From Bacteroidota bacterium (GTDB taxonomy: Bacteria > Bacteroidota > Bacteroidia > Chitinophagales > LD1), in NCBI GenBank assembly GCA_947475165.1, contig CANJLD010000014.1, forward strand, positions 18,519 through 82,518: a stretch of DNA of 64,000 nt, read 5' to 3'. Under the pieces are notes generated by a model. The model saw nothing but the letters and a program-made list of their open reading frames with translations, was not told the origin of the DNA and did not search any database. How positions within the stretch are numbered: position 1 is the first letter of the stretch; each line of letters opens with the position of its first letter. A program made the position numbers and the translations under genes. This document shows, in pieces, positions 9,064 to 18,556 of this stretch.

Positions 9064-10374
9064 TTATTTTTTGTCGGTTGAATTAAATAAACGATACAGC
9101 ACAAACGCAATTGCGATTACTGCGAAATAAATTATTGCCAGTTGAAAATTGTAATAAGTCATTGCTACCAATGCGACCGATGCTATAGTCAAGGCAATGA
9201 GCGGAAGCACTGGATAAAACGGAACATGAAAAGGGCGCGGCATATCGGGTTCTGTTTTGCGCAACTTCATAACTGAAAGGCTGGAAAAAATATAAAGACA
9301 AACAGCTCCGAAAACAGAAATGGTAATTATATCTTCTGATTTCCCAGTGAGCAGCGTAGCGATTCCCAAAACTAAATTCAACACAAGTGCCCAGTGGGGA
9401 GTTTGAAAACGCGGATGAATTCTTCCAAATATTTCAGGAAAGTGTTTTGTTCTTCCAAATTCATAAGTGGTTCTGCCCGCTGCTAAAAGCAACCCATTGA
9501 ATGATGCGACAAAACCAAACAACCCGATAGTTACGAGCATATGATACATAGCACCGCTGTTACCCGTGATTTGCGCAAGTGCTGCCGGCAGAGGAGAATC
9601 TCCAATTTTCGCTTTACTTACATTTTCCCAACCGCCAACTCCCACCGCAGAAACAAGCGTGACGAAAGCAAGAATACCAAGAGTAATCATAGAATAGATA
9701 AATCCTTTAGTAATATTTTTTTGCGGGTTGATAGTTTCCTCCGCCACATTTGCCAAGCCTTCCATGCCAAGAAAAAACCAAATGGCAAATGGAATGGCGG
9801 CAAAAATTCCTGACACACCGTGAGGAAGCGGATTGGTTTGAAGATTATGAACTTGTAAATGAGGAAGAGTGAGTGCCGCAAATAAACTTAGTTCACAAAC
9901 AGCAATAATGGTAACGATGAGTTCGAACGTGGCAGAAATTTTTACACCCAGAATATTGATAGCAGTAAATAGAAAGTAAGCAATTACTGCAAACCAAATT
10001 ATATCTACGCTTGGTAATAGTTTTTGAAAATACGAACCAATACCGATAGCAATAGCAGGCGGAGCAAAAACAAATTCAATCCATTGAGCCATACCGGCAA
10101 CAAAACCAATGTCTTTTCCAAATGCACGTGAAGTGTAGTCAAAAACACCTCCCGCTTTCGGAATTGCACAAGCCAACTCGGAATACGAAAGCGAAAACGC
10201 GATATACATAATAAGTATAAAAAGAGTGGCAATTGCTAACCCGAGAGTGCCTCCTTTGTCTAAACCGGTATTCCAGCCGAAATACATTCCAGAAATAACG
10301 TAGCCCACACCCAAGCCCCAAAGCATAATTGGCGTAAGCGTTTTTTGTAAATGTCCGTTGCTGTTTTGTTCCAT
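9064..10374 (-). CDS. eat: Ethanolamine permease (APC family)
   Basis: LWGLGVGYVISGMYFGWN, YSELACAIPKAGG, PFAIWFFLGMEG, AEETINP, EPDMPRPF. Confidence 0.8.
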   Translation of the reverse strand: MEQNSNGHLQKTLTPIMLWGLGVGYVISGMYFGWNTGLDKGGTLGLAIATLFILIMYIAFSLSYSELACAIPKAGGVFDYTSRAFGKDIGFVAGMAQWIEFVFAPPAIAIGIGSYFQKLLPSVDIIWFAVIAYFLFTAINILGVKISATFELIVTIIAVCELSLFAALTLPHLQVHNLQTNPLPHGVSGIFAAIPFAIWFFLGMEGLANVAEETINPQKNITKGFIYSMITLGILAFVTLVSAVGVGGWENVSKAKIGDSPLPAALAQITGNSGAMYHMLVTIGLFGFVASFNGLLLAAGRTTYEFGRTKHFPEIFGRIHPRFQTPHWALVLNLVLGIATLLTGKSEDIITISVFGAVCLYIFSSLSVMKLRKTEPDMPRPFHVPFYPVLPLIALTIASVALVAMTYYNFQLAIIYFAVIAIAFVLYRLFNSTDKK

Positions 10375-10457
10375 CGTTCGAATATAATTTAACCGAGGAT
10401 TAAACGTTTTATCAAGCAGAAATAATTTCTATTTTTAGCTTCCTTAAATTGAAAACT

Positions 10458-11906
10458 ATGGAAACAGCAACAGCCAATCTGGTAAAGGACATTCCAATTG
10501 CACCTAACACCAAGCTGGAAGAAGTTCTTAGAATATTTGATGCGCAGAAAAAAAATGCTCAAAACGTCAAGAACACTACGGTTTCTGAACGTTTGAAAAA
10601 AATCAAAAAGCTGCGTCAGGTAGTTTATGCTAACCGCGAAAAAATTCAACAAGCACTGTGGGCAGATTTTCATAAACCAGCTACACAAGTTGACTTGACC
10701 GAAATAGTTCCAATTATCTCGGAAGCAAAGAATTTTGAAGCCAACCTATATGACTGGGCAGCTGATAGAGAAGTAGATACTCCGCTTCCGCTTTTCGGCA
10801 CTTCGGCAAAAATTGTTTTAGAGCCAAAAGGCAATGCGCTGTTTCTTACACCTTGGAATTATCCTTTTCAGATTCCATTGAAGAATTTGATTTCGGCTGT
10901 AGCTGCCGGTTGTGTTTCTATTATTAAACCATCTGAATTTACTCCGCATACTTCACGAGTTATCAAAGAAGTAGTGGCAGAAATTTTTCCGGAAAATGAA
11001 GTTGCTGTTGTAGAAGGCGACCATACCATTTCGCAGGAATTGCTGAAACTTAAATTCGACCATATACATTTTACCGGCAGCCCGCTACATGGAAAATCTG
11101 TAATGCGCGCAGCAGCAGATAATCTTACGAGTGTAACTCTTGAATTAGGCGGAAAATCTCCAGCTATTATTGATGACACTGCTGATTTGAAAGCAACTGC
11201 CAATAATTTCCTGTTCGGCAAGTTTGTGAATTCCGGTCAAACTTGTATTGCTATTGACTATGTATTAGTAGATGAGAAAAAGAAAGATGCTTTTGTTTCA
11301 GCATTGAAAGAAGCCATCGAAAAAGGGTTTGGGAAAAATCCGATTGAATCGAACGATGATTGCAGAATTGTAAATGCAAAACACTTTGGCAGAATAAAGA
11401 GATTGTTAGATGATGCTATAAGCAAGGGCGCGAAAATTGAAGCAGGCGGAAATACAGACGCATCGCAGAATTACATTTCGCCAACCATTCTCACCAACGT
11501 TACACCGGATATGCTTTTAATGGATGAAGAAATTTTCGGGCCAATTGTTCCGATTGTATCTTATAAAAACTTAGACGAAGCTATCCGCATCATTAACACG
11601 AAAGAAAAACCGCTGGCACTTTACATTTACAGCAAGAGCAACAAAAACCAGCAATACATTATCAGTAATACGAGTGCCGGTGCTACTGCTATCAACGAAA
11701 CCTTGTTGCATAATGCACACGCTAATTTGCCTTTTGGCGGAGTAAATAATTCCGGCATTGGTAAAAGCCACGGTCATTATGGTTTTAAAGAATTTGTAAA
11801 CGAGCGACCGATATTGAAAGCATGGAATCCACCGAGCAATTTATTATTGCCTCCATACAAAAAATTCCATAAGACGTTAGCAGAGATAATGATGAAGTAT
11901 TTGTAA
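10458..11906 (+). CDS. NAD(P)-dependent aldehyde dehydrogenase (ALDH3/YwdH-like)
   Basis: PWNYP, FTGS, LELGGKSP, GQTCIA, EEIFGP, LPFGGVNNSGIG. Confidence 0.9.
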   Translation: METATANLVKDIPIAPNTKLEEVLRIFDAQKKNAQNVKNTTVSERLKKIKKLRQVVYANREKIQQALWADFHKPATQVDLTEIVPIISEAKNFEANLYDWAADREVDTPLPLFGTSAKIVLEPKGNALFLTPWNYPFQIPLKNLISAVAAGCVSIIKPSEFTPHTSRVIKEVVAEIFPENEVAVVEGDHTISQELLKLKFDHIHFTGSPLHGKSVMRAAADNLTSVTLELGGKSPAIIDDTADLKATANNFLFGKFVNSGQTCIAIDYVLVDEKKKDAFVSALKEAIEKGFGKNPIESNDDCRIVNAKHFGRIKRLLDDAISKGAKIEAGGNTDASQNYISPTILTNVTPDMLLMDEEIFGPIVPIVSYKNLDEAIRIINTKEKPLALYIYSKSNKNQQYIISNTSAGATAINETLLHNAHANLPFGGVNNSGIGKSHGHYGFKEFVNERPILKAWNPPSNLLLPPYKKFHKTLAEIMMKYL

Positions 11907-11908
11907 AA

Positions 11909-11933
11909 CCCCTAAATCCCCTAAAGGGGACTT
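11909..11933. repeat. Short palindromic intergenic element CCCCTAAATCCCCTAAAGGGGACTT
   Basis: Direct repeat CCCCTAAA plus TCCCC/GGGGA hairpin just after the ALDH stop. Confidence 0.5.
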
Positions 11934-11950
11934 AAATACAAAAAATAAAA

Positions 11951-12427
11951 ATGAAGAATAAAGTCCTGTTTCTATCACTTGTTGCTGTTGCACTTTTTGT
12001 TTCTGTAATAACCGGATGCACTAAAAAAGTAGAGAACGAACCGCTTGAACCTATTTCTATTGTTCTGCCCGATTCTTCTATCAGCTATTATTTCCCGAGC
12101 GATTCGGTACCGATGAATTTTAAGTTTACTACCGACAGGCCGATTAACTGGATTTTAGGAAAGTATGATATTGATTCATTCCAAACGGTTGGTTATACTG
12201 CCACTTATCCCGATACTTTATTCTTTGAAGATTTAACGGTGCTTAATCCGCGTGTTAACCGCTACGATTATTCTGTTACTTATTTTGTTCCTGATACATT
12301 ACGCCCGTTCGACCATATACGCTTTAAGGTTTCGTTCGAAGCAGGCTCTTCAACTTTTACAACAGGCCAGAATTATCCTGCAGGAAAAGTTGGAGCGAGC
12401 AAAGAGTTTAGAGTGGATGTGAGATAA
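11951..12427 (+). CDS. Hypothetical lipoprotein
   Basis: Signal peptide with ITGC lipobox. Confidence 0.7.
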   Translation: MKNKVLFLSLVAVALFVSVITGCTKKVENEPLEPISIVLPDSSISYYFPSDSVPMNFKFTTDRPINWILGKYDIDSFQTVGYTATYPDTLFFEDLTVLNPRVNRYDYSVTYFVPDTLRPFDHIRFKVSFEAGSSTFTTGQNYPAGKVGASKEFRVDVR

Positions 12428-12442
12428 AATCTGACAAAGACC

Positions 12443-12482
12443 AAAACAAAAAACCACTTCAATTGAAGTGGTTTTTTGTTTT
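12443..12482. terminator. Bidirectional terminator (perfect 40-bp palindrome) between lipoprotein gene and purH
   Basis: aaaacaaaaaaccacttcaa|ttgaagtggttttttgtttt. Confidence 0.85.
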
Positions 12483-12496
12483 TAAGAGGATTGCTT

Positions 12497-14017
12497 TTAA
12501 TGTTTGAAATGTCTTACACCGGTCATTACCATTGACTGATTGTTTTTGTTTGCTGCATCAATTGAATCTTGGTCTTTGATACTGCCGCCCGGCTGAGCGA
12601 TGGCGGTTATTCCTGCTTCGTATGAAATTTGAACGCAATCGGGGAAAGGGAAGAAGGCATCGCTGGCCATAACAGAGCCGGTTAAATCGAAACCGAATTC
12701 TTTGGCTTTGCGAACTGCATTTTGCAAAGCATCTACTCTTGATGTTTGTCCGCAGTTGCTGCCAATGAGTTGTTTGTTTTTTACCAAAGCAATACCGTTG
12801 CTCTTTAAATGCTTAACTGCTATTACCGCAAATTCTAAATCGTCTATTTCCTTTTCAGTTGGTGCTTTAGCGGTAGCCACTTTGAATTCATTTTTGCCTT
12901 CTGCTTTTGTATCGGCATCCTGCTCTAAAACTCCATTCAATAAATTCTTGAAGATTTTTGTTGTAGGAACTTTCGCTTTCTGCTTAATCAATATTCTGTT
13001 CTTCTTGCTTTTTAAAACAGCCAATGCATCATCATCATAATCAGGTGCGGTGAGCACTTCGAAGAAAAGTGAATTCATTTCGTTGGCTGTTGCTAAATCT
13101 ATTTTGCGGTTGGCAGCAATTACTCCTCCGAACGCAGAAGTAGTATCGCAGGCAAAAGCGGCTTTGTATGCCTCAGCAATATTTTCTCTTGATGCCAAAC
13201 CGCAACTGTTGGTGTGTTTGATAATGGCAATAGTCGGCTCACTAAATTCAGCAACAAGATTTATTGAAGCATCAACATCCACTAAGTTGTTGTATGAAAG
13301 CTCCTTGCCGTTGAGGATTTCAAAAATCTCATCGAGGTTTCCGTAGAATACTCCGCGCTGATGAGGATTTTCGCCATAGCGAAGAACTTTTGCATTTAGT
13401 TCGCTCTTTTTGAAAACTTCGAATTTGAATTCGTTGTTGAAATAATTAAAGATGAGTGTATCGTAATGCGAAGAAGTCATGAAGGCTTTTGCGGCAAACT
13501 TCTTCCGGTCTTCTAAATTGCTTTCGCCATTTTTTGTTTGCAGTAATTCGAGCAATGATTCGTAGTCGTTGCGGGTAGAAACGATAATAGTATCGTTAAA
13601 GTTTTTTGCGGCTGCACGGATTAGCGAAATTCCACCAATGTCAATCTTTTCAATAATATCTTCTTCGCTTCCTCCGCCTTTTACGGTTTCTTCGAAAGGA
13701 TAGAGGTCTACAATTACCAAATCGATTTCAGGAATTTCGTATTGCGCCATTTCTTTTTGGTCGCTTTCATTTTCTCTTCTTCCTAAAATACCTCCGAAAA
13801 CTTTCGGGTGAAGCGTCTTTACTCTTCCGCCTAAAATAGAAGGATAAGAAGTAAGGTCTTCCACTGCCGTAACTTTTACGCCCAGCCCTTCAATAAAACT
13901 TTGTGTGCCACCGGTGCTGTAAATTTTTACACCGAGCTTAGCGAGCTCTTTTACAATGAGGTCGAGTTTGTCTTTATAATAAACGGAGATGAGGGCTGAC
14001 TTTATTTTTTTGCGCAT
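12497..14017 (-). CDS. purH: Bifunctional AICAR transformylase/IMP cyclohydrolase
   Basis: ALISVYYK, GGRVKTLHP, IDIGGISLIRAAAKN, LRYGENPHQ, ASDAFFPF, GVRHFKH. Confidence 0.97.
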   Translation of the reverse strand: MRKKIKSALISVYYKDKLDLIVKELAKLGVKIYSTGGTQSFIEGLGVKVTAVEDLTSYPSILGGRVKTLHPKVFGGILGRRENESDQKEMAQYEIPEIDLVIVDLYPFEETVKGGGSEEDIIEKIDIGGISLIRAAAKNFNDTIIVSTRNDYESLLELLQTKNGESNLEDRKKFAAKAFMTSSHYDTLIFNYFNNEFKFEVFKKSELNAKVLRYGENPHQRGVFYGNLDEIFEILNGKELSYNNLVDVDASINLVAEFSEPTIAIIKHTNSCGLASRENIAEAYKAAFACDTTSAFGGVIAANRKIDLATANEMNSLFFEVLTAPDYDDDALAVLKSKKNRILIKQKAKVPTTKIFKNLLNGVLEQDADTKAEGKNEFKVATAKAPTEKEIDDLEFAVIAVKHLKSNGIALVKNKQLIGSNCGQTSRVDALQNAVRKAKEFGFDLTGSVMASDAFFPFPDCVQISYEAGITAIAQPGGSIKDQDSIDAANKNNQSMVMTGVRHFKH

Positions 14018-14109
14018 AATAAGAGGAGAGTTTGTAATGCGCGCGAATGTATTTTCCTAATTCGGATTTAGGTTTCGTGATTTAGGTTTTTTAGTAACAG
14101 GTTTTCCAC

Positions 14110-15045
14110 CTATAAGTTTTTCAACTTCTCCCAAAGTTCCGGTAGCTTCTTAATCACCGCTACCTGTTTGGCAAAAGTGCGGGCTTCAACAGCAGGATAA
14201 CCGATGTAAGTTTTTCCTCCTTCTAAATTATTAGGCACGGCAGAGGTTGCCATTACAATGGCATCGTCACCAATGGTGATGTTTTTGTTTACTGCCACTT
14301 TACCATAAAGCGTCACGCGGTTGCCGATTTTAGTGTTGCCTGCAATACCCACCTGCGCGGCAATAATGCAGTGCTCGCCAATTTTTACATCGTGGCCAAT
14401 GTGCACCTGGTCATCGAGCTTGGTGCCTTTGCCAATAATAGTGTCGCTGCTTACACCGGCATCGATAGTTGTGCCGGCTCCAATTTCTACATCATCACAA
14501 ATAACCACCCTGCCTGCGCTGTGCATTTTTTCGTAATGCGGTTTTATGCGCTTGTAATAAAACGCATCGCTGCCAATGGTAGTGTTGGCGTGTATAATCA
14601 CGTTATCGCCAATTTGAGTGTAGGCGTAAATAGTTGCGTTAGGATGAATAACACAGTTGTTACCTATCGTAACTTCTTCGCCAATAAATGCATTGGGATA
14701 AACAAAAGTTCCTTCGCCAATTTTAGCGGTTGCGCCAATGCTGTTGGTGGTTCTTACTTCGGGTTTAAAGCGTTGTGCGAGATAGTTATATGCCTCGAAA
14801 GGATTAGCATTATAGAACAACACTTTCCCTTCTACCGGTTCTATCTTCTTATTAATAATAATGAAAGAGGCTTTTGACTTGAGCGTGAAATCGTAATACT
14901 TCTCGTGGTCAACAAAGGTAATGTCGCCTTCTTCTACATTATGAATTTCGTTCAGCCCTTTAACCAAAGCATTTTCATCGCCTGTAATTTCGGAATTAGT
15001 CCACGCTGCTATTTGCTTGGCTGAGATTGGTTCTTTCAATTTCAT
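14110..15045 (-). CDS. lpxD: UDP-3-O-(3-hydroxyacyl)glucosamine N-acyltransferase LpxD-like
   Basis: Hexapeptide repeats, GDITFVDHEKY, GTKLDDQVHIGHDV; start trimmed to ATG 15045. Confidence 0.8.
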   Translation of the reverse strand: MKLKEPISAKQIAAWTNSEITGDENALVKGLNEIHNVEEGDITFVDHEKYYDFTLKSKASFIIINKKIEPVEGKVLFYNANPFEAYNYLAQRFKPEVRTTNSIGATAKIGEGTFVYPNAFIGEEVTIGNNCVIHPNATIYAYTQIGDNVIIHANTTIGSDAFYYKRIKPHYEKMHSAGRVVICDDVEIGAGTTIDAGVSSDTIIGKGTKLDDQVHIGHDVKIGEHCIIAAQVGIAGNTKIGNRVTLYGKVAVNKNITIGDDAIVMATSAVPNNLEGGKTYIGYPAVEARTFAKQVAVIKKLPELWEKLKNL

Positions 15046-15061
15046 GAGGTGAATATAAAAA

Positions 15062-15089
15062 ACGACCATTGACGACTGACCATTGACAA
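15062..15089. repeat. Degenerate heptamer array upstream of lpxD
   Basis: acgacca/ttgacga/ctgacca/ttgacaa. Confidence 0.55.
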
Positions 15090-15404
15090 TAAGAGCAAAA
15101 AGAAACCTCCCGAAAAAGATTAAAAATTGATTTGGGCTGTTAAATTTGAATAGCAGAGAGACACATGCAAAATAATTCAGCCCGACACTGCTGAAATTTA
15201 TTTTAACCGGTTGAGATGATTTTACAATAGTTTTTAAAAAATTAGTTGATGCCTTCATCCATCAGCCTTTTGGTTTACACTTTTTCTTAAACATATTCTT
15301 ACACTAAAAATTTTGTGGCGTTCTGTTGCCACATATTAAAAACAGAGGCGTTACCGAAAAGCCAAACGAGTAGGAATATTAACCACCACTAAACCAAATT
15401 TTTT

Positions 15405-15743
15405 ATGGATGCACAGAAAGTAGACATGTTTATTATGACCAATGGAAAGTTTTTCGAAAGCCACCAGATTGGTCAAATCAGAGAAAGGCTTTTAGTTTTA
15501 GATGAATCGAAGTGGCCAATGATTCAATCGTTGCCGCTTAAGGACCCTTCTACCAGTTTAATTGTTTCTATTCTGGGAGGAAGCATGGGCATTGACCGTT
15601 TTATTATTGGCGATACAGGTATTGGCGTAGGCAAATTGCTTACCTGTGGTGGCTTTGGTATCTGGACTATTATTGACTGGTTCATGATTCAAGGAGCTAC
15701 GCGCGAAAAGAACATGCAGAAACTTCAACAGTTCTTATACTAA
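15405..15743 (+). CDS. TM2 domain-containing membrane protein
   Basis: GIDRFIIGDTGIGVGKLLTCGGFGIWTIIDWF. Confidence 0.85.
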   Translation: MDAQKVDMFIMTNGKFFESHQIGQIRERLLVLDESKWPMIQSLPLKDPSTSLIVSILGGSMGIDRFIIGDTGIGVGKLLTCGGFGIWTIIDWFMIQGATREKNMQKLQQFLY

Positions 15744-15745
15744 AA

Positions 15746-16153
15746 ATGACAAGCACCAGGAACAGGCTTTACCTGCTTTTAGCATTGGTCTGCACAGCAG
15801 GGTATATCTGGCTCTTTATCAATCTTCCGAATGCCGAAAGCAGTCCGGATGTTTGTATGATAAAGCATGTAACCGGTATACCCTGCCCATCCTGCGGCTC
15901 TACGCGTTCTATTACTTCGCTCTTGCATGGCGATGTAACCGGTTCGCTTTTCTGGAACCCGATGGGCATTTTGATTTTGCTCATTATGCTTATTGCACCG
16001 GTATGGATAACCGGTGATGTATTATTAAAAAAACAAACCCTGTTTTCGTTTTATCAGCAATTTGAAAAAACATTGCAGCAAAGGCGCGTAGCCATACCAG
16101 CTATTGCTTTGGTGCTATTGAACTGGATATGGAATATTCACAAAGGACTATGA
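15746..16153 (+). CDS. DUF2752-family membrane protein
   Basis: CMIKHVTGIPCPSCGSTRS...HGD...WNP motif. Confidence 0.8.
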   Translation: MTSTRNRLYLLLALVCTAGYIWLFINLPNAESSPDVCMIKHVTGIPCPSCGSTRSITSLLHGDVTGSLFWNPMGILILLIMLIAPVWITGDVLLKKQTLFSFYQQFEKTLQQRRVAIPAIALVLLNWIWNIHKGL

Positions 16154-16581
16154 CAACACCCAACACTTTTGTTTACGAGCCCGGTGACCACGAAGCGGAG
16201 AAGGCTTCGAACAGTTACCTGATGTCGCTTATTGCGGTGGTGGCCGGTTTGCCGCTACCTATTATTAACCTGTTGGCCACGCTCATTTTTTATTTGGGCA
16301 ACCGCAAGGGAACTTATTTTGTGCGCTGGCATTGCACACAGGCTTTGGTGTCGCAGCTCTCGCTGTTGTTCATTAACAGCACCGGTTTCTGGTGGACTAT
16401 CTCTATTATTTTTACAAGCGAGCAAATTACCAGCAGCTACATAGCGTATATGTTTACGGCCATTGTGTTTAACGTGGCAGAATTTATTGCCACTATGTAC
16501 ACCGCTATACAAACCCGCAAGGGCATTCACGTAAAGTGGTGGATTTATGGCGACTTAACTGACCTCATCTGCAAACCATAA
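16150..16581 (+). CDS. DUF4870/Tic20-like membrane protein
   Basis: YFVRWHCTQAL motif, about three TM helices; ATGA overlap with previous stop. Confidence 0.6.
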   Translation: MTTPNTFVYEPGDHEAEKASNSYLMSLIAVVAGLPLPIINLLATLIFYLGNRKGTYFVRWHCTQALVSQLSLLFINSTGFWWTISIIFTSEQITSSYIAYMFTAIVFNVAEFIATMYTAIQTRKGIHVKWWIYGDLTDLICKP

Positions 16582-16584
16582 TTT

Positions 16585-17385
16585 ATGAAGAAGGTACTAT
16601 TTCAAATCCTGGTTTTAGTAGCTGTATTTTACGGCATGTGGTTCGGCTTGAGTAAAGTTGACTGGCTTAAGATTTTTAAAGTAGAACAGGCCAGCAAAAA
16701 AACCGAAGAGAAATTAGGCGAATTGTTTTGGGAAGTTTTCAGCAAAACCGAAAAGGAAGTAAAAAATAAAAAAGTAACCCTACCGGTTGATAGTCTGCTC
16801 ACCAAACTTTGCGAAGCCAACGGCTTTGACCGGAAAGAAATAAAACTGCACGTAATTGAAAGCGATGATGTAAACGCCTTCGCCTTCCCCAATAAACATT
16901 TAGTGGTTTTTACCAGCCTGATTGCCGACAGCCGCAGCGAAGCCGAACTGGCCGGTGTAATGGCACACGAGCTGGCGCACATTCAAAAAAATCATGTAAT
17001 GAAAAAGCTGATAAAAGAAGTTGGCTTATCGGCACTCATCTCTATTACCACCGGTGGCAGTGCCGGCTCGGAAGTTATTAAGAGCATGGCCAAAACACTT
17101 TCGTCAACCGCGTATGACCGGAGCTTAGAAAGTGAAGCCGATATGAAAGCCGTTGACTATTTAATAGAAGCTAAAATTGACCCCGCACCCTTTGCCGATT
17201 TTTTAGCGCGCTTAGGAAAAGACGAACCGGAGGAAATGAAACACTTAACCTGGATAAGCACTCACCCCGAAAGCAAAGAAAGGTCTGAAAAAATTATTGA
17301 AAGCCTTGACGGTTTAACCTACGATACCCAACCGGTGCTTGCTCCTGAAACATGGGAGCTGCTGAAAGAGAAGGTGAAAGAGTAA
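16585..17385 (+). CDS. M48-family zinc metalloprotease
   Basis: VNAFAFP, HELAH, ESEAD, STHP motifs; N-terminal TM anchor. Confidence 0.9.
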   Translation: MKKVLFQILVLVAVFYGMWFGLSKVDWLKIFKVEQASKKTEEKLGELFWEVFSKTEKEVKNKKVTLPVDSLLTKLCEANGFDRKEIKLHVIESDDVNAFAFPNKHLVVFTSLIADSRSEAELAGVMAHELAHIQKNHVMKKLIKEVGLSALISITTGGSAGSEVIKSMAKTLSSTAYDRSLESEADMKAVDYLIEAKIDPAPFADFLARLGKDEPEEMKHLTWISTHPESKERSEKIIESLDGLTYDTQPVLAPETWELLKEKVKE

Positions 17386-17393
17386 CCGGAATT

Positions 17394-17491
17394 TGTCATG
17401 CTGAACGAAGGCTCTGCGTAGTGAAGCATCCTGGATTTAAGGGCACCAAATACAAGATTTCTCACTCCGGAGACCTCCGTTCGAAATGACA
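17394..17491. repeat. REP/RPE-like palindromic intergenic element, copy 1
   Basis: TGTCAT...ATGACA ends; shares atttgtcatgctga, gaagcatc, caagatt and aatgaca with copy at 20335. Confidence 0.7.
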
Positions 17492-17512
17492 TAAAGCCAT
17501 TTTATATTGCCT

Positions 17513-18475
17513 TCATTTCGTTTCAATCTCCGCCTTCCACAAACCGTGCGTTACGTTCGGGTTCAGAATATTTAAGTGTGGTGTGTGCACGGTGTAACCT
17601 GCATCGTTCGCTGTTATCTTCAATGGTTTCGAAAAACTAACTGTTGTTAGTTTTGTTTGCGCCACCGGTTTCTCGTTAGCGCGCTGGCTGAAATAAAAAA
17701 TTATATCGCCACCTCTTTTCCGGTTGCTTAAAATAAGTTTCGATGTGGCCTTCAGCACCTCTGCCGCAAACGGAGCATGCGCCACAAAACCGGGCAACAC
17801 CTTTCCGTGTTTCTTATGCACGTTATGCCCACCCGCGCGCTTATCTATTTTGCGCGCTGTGTTGTATTGGTCATACATATTCGCATCGTTGTACTGATAC
17901 ACCTTCATATAAGTATCCAGCTTTGCGAGTGCTTCATCGGCTTCTGCAAAAAGCTCTTTCACTTTCTGTGCCGCGCGGCTTTTTACCTTCCGTTGATTGC
18001 GCCCTACTTTTATCTGCGGCAAAAATTTACCGGCACCAGTGTTCAGTTCGGCTACATCGGCAGGCCCGCTGCCGAAAGTAACCAGCGCGGCCTCCACCGG
18101 TTGCGCCACGCCAAAAAGCTGCACGGCCAACACATACAATTCGCTATCGGACGAAAGCGTAAGCGAAGACGGCAGGTAATCTTCGCTCTCTATTATATAA
18201 GGAGTGCCGTTGGCAATACCGTAAGCCAGCAATGCACTACCCACTTTGCCGCAAACTTTCTCCAGCGCCAGCCGGTCATCTTCCTTTTGCTGAGTAAAAC
18301 CCGAAAGATCAGCCGATACATCTACCGATTCTTTAGGTATACTCTCTATTAAATTCCCTATTTGAGTAATTAGAGGAGGAAACTGGGGGAATGCGCTGAA
18401 CGTGCTGTTGAATGTTTTGAAGAACGACTGCACTTTAAGCAGCATATACCATTTGTTAGCCTGATTGCTATTCAT
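17513..18475 (-). CDS. Hypothetical protein, predicted helical N-terminal region and beta-rich C-terminal region
   Basis: 320-aa ATG-started ORF; MNSNQANKWYM start and LDTYM...YDQYNTARKID resemble a Bacteroidota family of unknown function (from recall). Confidence 0.7.
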   Translation of the reverse strand: MNSNQANKWYMLLKVQSFFKTFNSTFSAFPQFPPLITQIGNLIESIPKESVDVSADLSGFTQQKEDDRLALEKVCGKVGSALLAYGIANGTPYIIESEDYLPSSLTLSSDSELYVLAVQLFGVAQPVEAALVTFGSGPADVAELNTGAGKFLPQIKVGRNQRKVKSRAAQKVKELFAEADEALAKLDTYMKVYQYNDANMYDQYNTARKIDKRAGGHNVHKKHGKVLPGFVAHAPFAAEVLKATSKLILSNRKRGGDIIFYFSQRANEKPVAQTKLTTVSFSKPLKITANDAGYTVHTPHLNILNPNVTHGLWKAEIETK

Positions 18476-18556
18476 TTGGGTGGTAGGTTGGTTTGTTTTA
18501 CGAATTTAAGTAATAAGAAATTGATTTCAAATAGCTGTTTATTATTTTTTTGTCAT

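Noticed and set aside
15046-15258. 71-aa N-terminal extension of LpxD (similar extensions listed for hemW, metB-like, exonuclease, 57015-58490)
   Set aside because: Longest-ORF artefacts running through promoters, repeats or neighbouring genes; family similarity starts at downstream codons.
15090-15310. tRNA or known riboswitch in the long intergenic region
   Set aside because: No cloverleaf, T-loop or recognisable aptamer consensus seen by eye; an Infernal/Rfam scan would be needed to exclude it.
17743-18352. Plus-strand ORFs of 112 and 191 aa opposite the 320-aa hypothetical gene
   Set aside because: Antisense shadows with no motifs; the minus-strand ORF is longer and has an ATG start in a plausible context.
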